Shown here: piece by piece, positions 15,447-20,000 of the stretch
How the letters are laid out: each line of letters begins with the position of its first letter
Numbering within the stretch: the stretch's first letter is position 1
From: an uncultured virus (IMG/VR IMGVR_UViG_3300017963_000263)
Lineage: Duplodnaviria > Heunggongvirae > Uroviricota > Caudoviricetes
Length of the DNA: 20,000 nucleotides
Strand: one strand, 5' to 3'
IMG/VR virus record: IMGVR_UViG_3300017963_000263
Notes under the pieces: generated by a model
Database searches by the model: none
Seen by the model: the letters and a program-made list of their open reading frames with translations, nothing else
Told to the model about the DNA's origin: nothing
Translations under genes and position numbers: made by a program

Positions 15447-15596
15447 CGCTCCCGGCGAGAGTCGAACTCGCATGGCACTGGCCGTTTTGCTGGCCGCGCC
15501 GCCCGGACCGTCAGAGCGGTTTTCGGCACCGATGTGCGGTCCCTTGGTGCGGCGTGCGTCTACCGGGCCCGGTCGGGCCGTTTGCGCCACGGGAGC
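15447..15596 (-). ncRNA. tRNA-like element 1 (Leu-like skeleton with hairpin insertions)
   Basis: Acceptor GCTCCCG/CGGGAGC, D arm TGGCGCAAACGG...TAGACGC, stem CGCCGC/GCGGCG, T arm GCGAG-TTCGACT-CTCGC. Confidence 0.7.
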
Positions 15597-15696
15597 AAAC
15601 CCCGACACCCGCGCTGCTAGGCCACGAGTGCCGGGAAGAGATGCCCGCGCTGAGTCAGTTAGAATCCACCCATAATTGTCTCCTTGTGCTTGGGGT

Positions 15697-15771
15697 AAAA
15701 AAGCCCCACCCACCCCCGGCACCAGCATACCGCCGGGTAGTCGTACTTCTGTTCTCAAGAGGTGGGTGGGG
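15697..15771 (-). terminator. Large-loop intrinsic terminator/attenuator
   Basis: CCCCACCCACCTC...GGGGTGGGTGGGG followed by CTTTTTT on the minus strand. Confidence 0.55.
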
Positions 15772-15778
15772 TGGTGAG

Positions 15779-16045
15779 TCATTTCTGGCGTCTTAGTTCA
15801 AGTTCCGCTGCGTTTTCCAGGGCGGTCGCAATTCTCGCCGCGTGGGCATTTGTCTCCACGGTCAAGTCGTTGCGCCGCCTTAATTCCGCGAGAGAGTCGG
15901 CCAGGTTGTCGGTAGCGATCTTGTGGTGACGGCCTCGCCCGGTCACAAGATCTGTTAGCGGCAATAATAGACAGAGAAGCAGTAGGCCGACTGTCGCACC
16001 GCACGATGCACCGAGCCCCCAGAGAAACGCGGTCCAGATAATCAT
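15779..16045 (-). CDS. Membrane protein with coiled-coil tail
   Basis: Hydrophobic N-terminus; ATGA overlap with the upstream gene. Confidence 0.7.
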   Translation of the reverse strand: MIIWTAFLWGLGASCGATVGLLLLCLLLPLTDLVTGRGRHHKIATDNLADSLAELRRRNDLTVETNAHAARIATALENAAELELRRQK

Positions 16046-16641
16046 GGTTCGTTCCTTTCCTTCCGCTTCTTTCGGTCCGCCTTCACGTCAACAGCCGAAA
16101 TCGTGTAACGATGCAGGATCTTTGTTCGCTCGCTCGCCGTGCAGTGCCCGCACTTCGGGCATTCCTCGACCGCGCTGACTACCTGATACGAACACGCATT
16201 CACACGTCCGGCATCGTCAAAGGAGCTGACACACACCTCTTCGCCGTTCCACTGAAAGCGCGAATCAATGCACAGTCGGTCGCGTTTGCGGCGCACGATC
16301 GTATACTTTCGACCGTGGCTTACGTTGTCCGCGATGATCGGTTTGCGTCCGCAATACCGCTCGTATTCGATACAGCATGAAATATTGCCAGACCGAACCG
16401 CTTCGGTGTACAGCTCTTCCGCGTCGACGCATCGCCAAATTGTGCTGTAGGGGCCGCTCCGGAATTCCTCCGGCAGCCGGTCGAGGTCGCCAGGCTCCCA
16501 GTCGAAACCCTCGGCACACAACAGAAGCGCAGCGCGCACCCGATGATTGAACCGCTCCCAGGAATGCGTACGGTTCTCTATGGTCTCCCACGCCTCACGA
16601 ATAAACCGGATTACCGTGCTGTCTGGTTTCTTTCGGGTCAC
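16042..16641 (-). CDS. Hypothetical protein with CPKC zinc ribbon
   Basis: GGAG SD with GTG start; 199 aa. Confidence 0.7.
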   Translation of the reverse strand: MTRKKPDSTVIRFIREAWETIENRTHSWERFNHRVRAALLLCAEGFDWEPGDLDRLPEEFRSGPYSTIWRCVDAEELYTEAVRSGNISCCIEYERYCGRKPIIADNVSHGRKYTIVRRKRDRLCIDSRFQWNGEEVCVSSFDDAGRVNACSYQVVSAVEECPKCGHCTASERTKILHRYTISAVDVKADRKKRKERNEP

Positions 16642-16693
16642 TGAAGCGTCTCCGCTATTGGGCTAGCATAGTGAGGTGACTAGACGGGCTGAG

Positions 16694-16805
16694 AAAACGC
16701 CGCCGACCCGTGGTTGCAACATTTGTGGTTCGGGCCGGCGGCGCAAAAAATCGGCCGCGGTGAGAAGGGTTGTTTTGGAACACGAACCCGCAACGCCAGC
16801 GGCCG
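16694..16805 (-). terminator. Two tandem hairpin + U-tract terminators in the early leader
   Basis: CGGCCGC...GCGGCCG-ATTTTTT (16745-16805) and 13-bp CGCCGCCGGCCCG/CGGGTCGGCGGCG-TTTT (16694-16743). Confidence 0.6.
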
Positions 16806-17196
16806 GGAGGAAAGTCAGGTTGTGGGCGGTTGCGTTCATGTTCGTGCTCCGACAGAAAGAATAACGTCTTCTCCGATTAGCCAAATCCCACTAGTGGTGA
16901 CGGGGTGATAACCCCACGGGACTGTAAACCCGAAACTCGGGGTGAACTGGACAGGAACTCACCGGGAAGTGGACGGATATGCCCAGGCGAAAAAACTTGG
17001 AGAAAATTTCGGCGAGTGCGGAAGACGGGGCGCGGGGTGGACAGCCAGAGAGAATTCACCCCAGAAGGCAGGGCGCAACATTTCCAAAGTGTCCAGTTCG
17101 CGGCCGTTCACAGAAGTGGGCAGTTTCACTCCGCAGTGAACGGGTGAAACACCCCGCCGACCGTCTGATGCAGAATCAGAAGGTCGCCGGCTACCC

Positions 17197-17444
17197 TAAC
17201 CTTAAAGTGACCTTACGCTCGAAAACCTGCGCCCGCCGAGGTGAATCGCAGTTTCGGGCAGGCCATTACCCCCGAGTTTCCGGCGAGTTCGCCCCCAGTT
17301 CCCCCGCGCCTTTTTACTGGGGGTCAGAAGGTCGCGTGTTCAAATCACGCCGCCCCGACTTGCTAAGCTCTTTGACAACCTAGACTTACAAAAACCCCCA
17401 AGAGGGGCAGGGAGGGCTGCTGTGACCTTAAGTCTGACCTTACG
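17197..17444 (+). repeat. Integrase arm-type sites T(G/A)ACCTTA, in pairs on each side of the att core
   Basis: taaccttaaa at 17197, tgaccttacg at 17208, tgaccttaag at 17423, tgaccttacg at 17435. Confidence 0.7.
17316..17359 (+). mobile_element. attP core = 3' half of tRNA-Pro(GGG)
   Basis: ACTGGGGGTCAGAAGGTC-GCGTG-TTCAAAT-CACGC-CGCCCCG-AC gives the anticodon loop, T arm and acceptor 3' strand with no 5' half; it lies downstream of the integrase. Confidence 0.85.
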
Positions 17445-17670
17445 GTTTTTCGGCGGGTTCGGCCTGTTCGTATGGCCGAATTCTGAGCACGGCCTCGACG
17501 TACTCCACGGGCTCGCCAAAGTCGTCTGCTATCTCTGCGGCGGATGCACCCGCGCCAGCCTCGGCCATCCACACATCCCAGACACGGTGCCGCTTGTCCT
17601 TGTGTCCGCAAAACGCACAAGGGCCGCACGGCTTGTACCACCTGTCAAGTTGGGCCACGTCCGTCCCCAC
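17440..17670 (-). CDS. Small protein with CxxCxxC-H and a DUF433-like HTH C-terminus
   Basis: CGPCAFCGH...AGASAAEIADDFGEPVEYVEAVL; GAGGAG SD. Confidence 0.6.
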   Translation of the reverse strand: MGTDVAQLDRWYKPCGPCAFCGHKDKRHRVWDVWMAEAGAGASAAEIADDFGEPVEYVEAVLRIRPYEQAEPAEKP

Positions 17671-17671
17671 C

Positions 17672-18820
17672 TCACTCCTCCTTTTTCCACCCCAACTTCT
17701 CGGCCAACGCCTCAAGCTGGGGTGTGCGGTAATAGTCTGCTGTAGTCTGGGGCGATCGGTGACGGGCGATCTCGGCCAAGTCCGCTTGGCTTAAGTCACC
17801 GGCCAGTCGAGTCGTCCACGCACGTTTCCCGATATCGTGACACGTCGCCGTCTTCGGGTTGCCGATCCCGGTCGTGACGCTCTTGCCGCACTTCGCAATC
17901 ACCTTGCCGACCCAATCCGGGTCGCACGGTTCCATTTTACGGTTGAGCATCATGAACGGCTGCCCTACCGGCGGCTCCTCATTGATAAGGGCCCAGAACT
18001 CGGGTGTGATGAGCTGGTACTGATCCTCGCCCCGCTTATGACCCTCACTGGTGAATCGTACCAGAGGGAAGCCCACGGGCGGGGCGGGTGGGAGAATCAC
18101 AGCCGAGGCCGAATCGTCCCACGACAGGTCGAGCAGCTCCCGGAGCCGGAAGCCGGAGTGCCAGTACCCTTTGAGCAGGTAGTGCCACTGCGGCCAGTCG
18201 TTCGGCCGCACGGTTTTGGTGTTCTCAAGGATCTCCCGGAACTCCGCGTCCGTCACCGCCCGAGAGCGGGCGAACTTGCCGCCCTTCCGTGCTTTCCTTG
18301 GCAGTTTCACCTTCACCGGCTTGCGCATCAGCCCGATGTTGTGGGCCCACGAGAAGGCGGCCAACAGTTCCTTGAGGTAACTGCTGATCGTCGAAGCGGG
18401 GGCCCGCTTGTTCTTGTCCATGAGCGCCGCCCGGAGCCTGGGAACGAACCGACTCACCGCTGAACTGTTCACCTCGTCCATGAACTTCGGCTCCATGAGG
18501 TTGGCGTACCACCCTCGGGACGTCGCCCAGTGCGCCCGAGTTTTCTTCGGCGCGTCGGCCAACTCCTCGGCCTCATATCGGGCCGTGAAATCGACCCAGG
18601 TAAGGTCAGCATCATAGTCGGGTTCCCGGATCTCCTCCGACTTGGCGATAGCCACCTTTCGGGCCTCGCCCTTGCTGGTGAGCCCGGTCGTTTTGGTGTG
18701 GACCTTGCCGGCGGCGTCCCGCCAGCGCAGCACGTAGTAAATACGTGTCGCGCCGTCGGGCTCAAGCAGGGTTACGCCGGGGTGGAGGCTCCGGCCTTCG
18801 CGTCGTTTTCTTCGGGGCAT
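17672..18820 (-). CDS. int: Tyrosine recombinase / phage integrase
   Basis: Arm-binding-type N-terminus (YVLRWRD...KTTG), ASTISSYL, SGFRLRELL, GHKR, HDIGKR, ARHRSPQTTADYY. Confidence 0.92.
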   Translation of the reverse strand: MPRRKRREGRSLHPGVTLLEPDGATRIYYVLRWRDAAGKVHTKTTGLTSKGEARKVAIAKSEEIREPDYDADLTWVDFTARYEAEELADAPKKTRAHWATSRGWYANLMEPKFMDEVNSSAVSRFVPRLRAALMDKNKRAPASTISSYLKELLAAFSWAHNIGLMRKPVKVKLPRKARKGGKFARSRAVTDAEFREILENTKTVRPNDWPQWHYLLKGYWHSGFRLRELLDLSWDDSASAVILPPAPPVGFPLVRFTSEGHKRGEDQYQLITPEFWALINEEPPVGQPFMMLNRKMEPCDPDWVGKVIAKCGKSVTTGIGNPKTATCHDIGKRAWTTRLAGDLSQADLAEIARHRSPQTTADYYRTPQLEALAEKLGWKKEE

Positions 18821-19023
18821 GGAACAGAGAGCCTTTCGACGAATCGGTGGAAACATGCCCCTGAAATAAGCCGGTCCTGCTGGCGGGTCCGTTCGTAATA
18901 CGACAGCCCTTCCCGGTAGTATTCGTTCAACTGGTCCTGGGAAATATGGAGAATCAGCTTGATTGCCTGCTCGGTGTAAACCTTGTCAGCGCAAATAGTT
19001 CCGTCATAATTCATGTCGGCCAT
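18772..19023 (-). CDS. Putative excisionase / winged-HTH DNA-binding protein
   Basis: VYTEQAIKLILHISQDQLNEYYREGL...RLISG is HTH_17/MerR-like; overlaps the int start; start uncertain (alternative TTG at 19176). Confidence 0.6.
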   Translation of the reverse strand: MADMNYDGTICADKVYTEQAIKLILHISQDQLNEYYREGLSYYERTRQQDRLISGACFHRFVERLSVPCPEENDAKAGASTPA

Positions 19024-19045
19024 GAAAAAATTCCTGTGTTGGGTG

Positions 19046-19074
19046 TTGACACCACCAGGCCGGCAGCCTAGGAT
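19046..19074 (+). promoter_or_regulatory. Sigma70 promoter (antisense)
   Basis: TTGACA, 17-nt spacer, TAGGAT. Confidence 0.7.
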
Positions 19075-19080
19075 ATCAGG

Positions 19081-19210
19081 CGCGTACCTGTTACGTCGGG
19101 GCCTGGCAGCCTCGTTAGTTTCCCGGCTCGGTGGCGTTTTTGCGGATGACACCTCGCCGGCCGTCGCTTGCGACAAACACGGGGTCCTGGCAGGCCCCGT
19201 TTGTCTTTCT
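19081..19210 (+). ncRNA. Candidate ~130-nt antisense sRNA with intrinsic terminator
   Basis: Promoter directly upstream; ends in the ACGGGGTCCT/AGGCCCCGT hairpin followed by TTGTCTTTCTT. Confidence 0.5.
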
Positions 19211-19213
19211 TGC

Positions 19214-19411
19214 CTAGCTCAGTTCACACGTCACCTCCTGGCCCTCTGGCCGGCGAGAGACTCCGCGCGGCAAGCGCGGGGGAATCCAGAGAAATCGGTA
19301 TAGGCTCATGTTCTTTGGCAACCTGGACTGTGTAGGGGCGTGTGTAGGGGCGGTGGACGCCGTGCCAGTCGGACGCAGCAGGCAGACGATTTTGTTGGTC
19401 GCGGTGGGCAC
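19214..19411 (-). CDS. Possible small hypothetical protein
   Basis: GGAGG SD with GTG start; weak coding character. Confidence 0.3.
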   Translation of the reverse strand: MPTATNKIVCLLRPTGTASTAPTHAPTQSRLPKNMSLYRFLWIPPRLPRGVSRRPEGQEVTCELS

Positions 19412-19412
19412 T

Positions 19413-19751
19413 TCAGTCCTCCCCGCCCTGCTGGGCGTCGGGATCAAACAGGTTTTCCTCTTCGCCCTCAAGCCACCTGGCTGGCGGCGGAGACTGTGCG
19501 GCAAGTTCCCTCAACCTGTCGTTTGGGGGTGTTGCGGTCGCTCCACTTCGGGCCACCTCGAACAGGCCCGCGAGTTCGGCCGGCGTGACCGCAATGGCGT
19601 CTGGACCGAGGCTCATTGGGGAAATCATTATCCCGGTTGGCTCGCCGTCGCGATTGAGAATATCCCATTTCATATAGGGGGCGTTTACCCTGCATGGGAT
19701 AAGCACAATCTCGCCGCGTGCCACATCGCGTGTGTCGGTCGCTAAGCGCAT
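19413..19751 (-). CDS. Hypothetical protein
   Basis: GAGGAG SD; acidic C-terminus. Confidence 0.65.
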   Translation of the reverse strand: MRLATDTRDVARGEIVLIPCRVNAPYMKWDILNRDGEPTGIMISPMSLGPDAIAVTPAELAGLFEVARSGATATPPNDRLRELAAQSPPPARWLEGEEENLFDPDAQQGGED

Positions 19752-19754
19752 GGG

Positions 19755-20000
19755 TTAGGGCTCCTCGGTTGGAATTACTCGATACGTCCGCCGCGGGTAC
19801 GTTTCTAGGTCGATCTCGATCGCTCCCTTTTGTTCGAGGGCGTGGACTGTCGGGTAAGGTACTGTTTGGAATTCGCCGCCGCGGCCGCAGCCTCCCTGTT
19901 GCAGCCAGTAGCGGCCATTCAACGTCATGTCATGGCCGAGCTGCCAGCCGTGGCGCATTTTGTCGAGGACTCGCTGTTGGGCCTTCGTGAGTTTCATCAC
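19755..20000 (-). CDS. Small winged-helix-like hypothetical protein
   Basis: KLTKAQQRVL...TVHALEQKGAIE...YRV pattern; starts at the window edge. Confidence 0.65.
   Translation of the reverse strand: MMKLTKAQQRVLDKMRHGWQLGHDMTLNGRYWLQQGGCGRGGEFQTVPYPTVHALEQKGAIEIDLETYPRRTYRVIPTEEP

Noticed and set aside
15447..15596. Ordinary tRNA-Leu(CAA) or tRNA-Trp(CCA) with a self-splicing intron
   Set aside because: The insert is only about 40 nt, far too short for a group I/II intron. There is no U33, and the anticodon register is ambiguous.
15210..15782. 190-aa minus-strand ORF
   Set aside because: Low-complexity composition; it runs through a terminator and both tRNA-like structures, so it is probably incidental in GC-rich DNA.
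17316..17359. Functional tRNA-Pro gene
   Set aside because: The acceptor 5' strand and D arm are absent; it is better explained as the attP core.
17372..17400. TTGACA as a plus-strand promoter after attP
   Set aside because: There is no -10 element at a suitable spacing.

Overview
This window is a gene-dense early region of a temperate phage, with essentially all coding on the minus strand. Right to left it holds a putative excisionase and a tyrosine integrase, then an attP carrying the 3' half of tRNA-Pro(GGG) flanked by arm-type repeats, so the DNA looks excised or free. Next come a structured leader with tandem terminators, two tandem tRNA-shaped RNAs with large insertions, and CsrA. These are followed by a recombination module (PD-(D/E)XK exonuclease, Sak4-like ATPase, SSB-like protein), NinG, a replication initiator with iteron-like repeats, a DnaC-like loader, an HNH-like protein and RusA. 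The left end is a nin-like accessory region: two ASCH-like proteins, ABA-sandwich, pentapeptide and RMF-like proteins, two related beta-class DNA methylases, an HTH protein, an HEXXH protein with an in-frame TGA, and a metallophosphoesterase. The most unusual signals are non-coding: the two expanded tRNA-like elements (15234-15596), two sigma70-driven antisense structured RNA candidates (~3430-3800 and ~19081-19210), and gene-boundary repeats suggesting cassette shuffling. A Planctomycetota-like host is only a weak inference. All calls come from reading motifs by eye; no database searches or folding programs were run.
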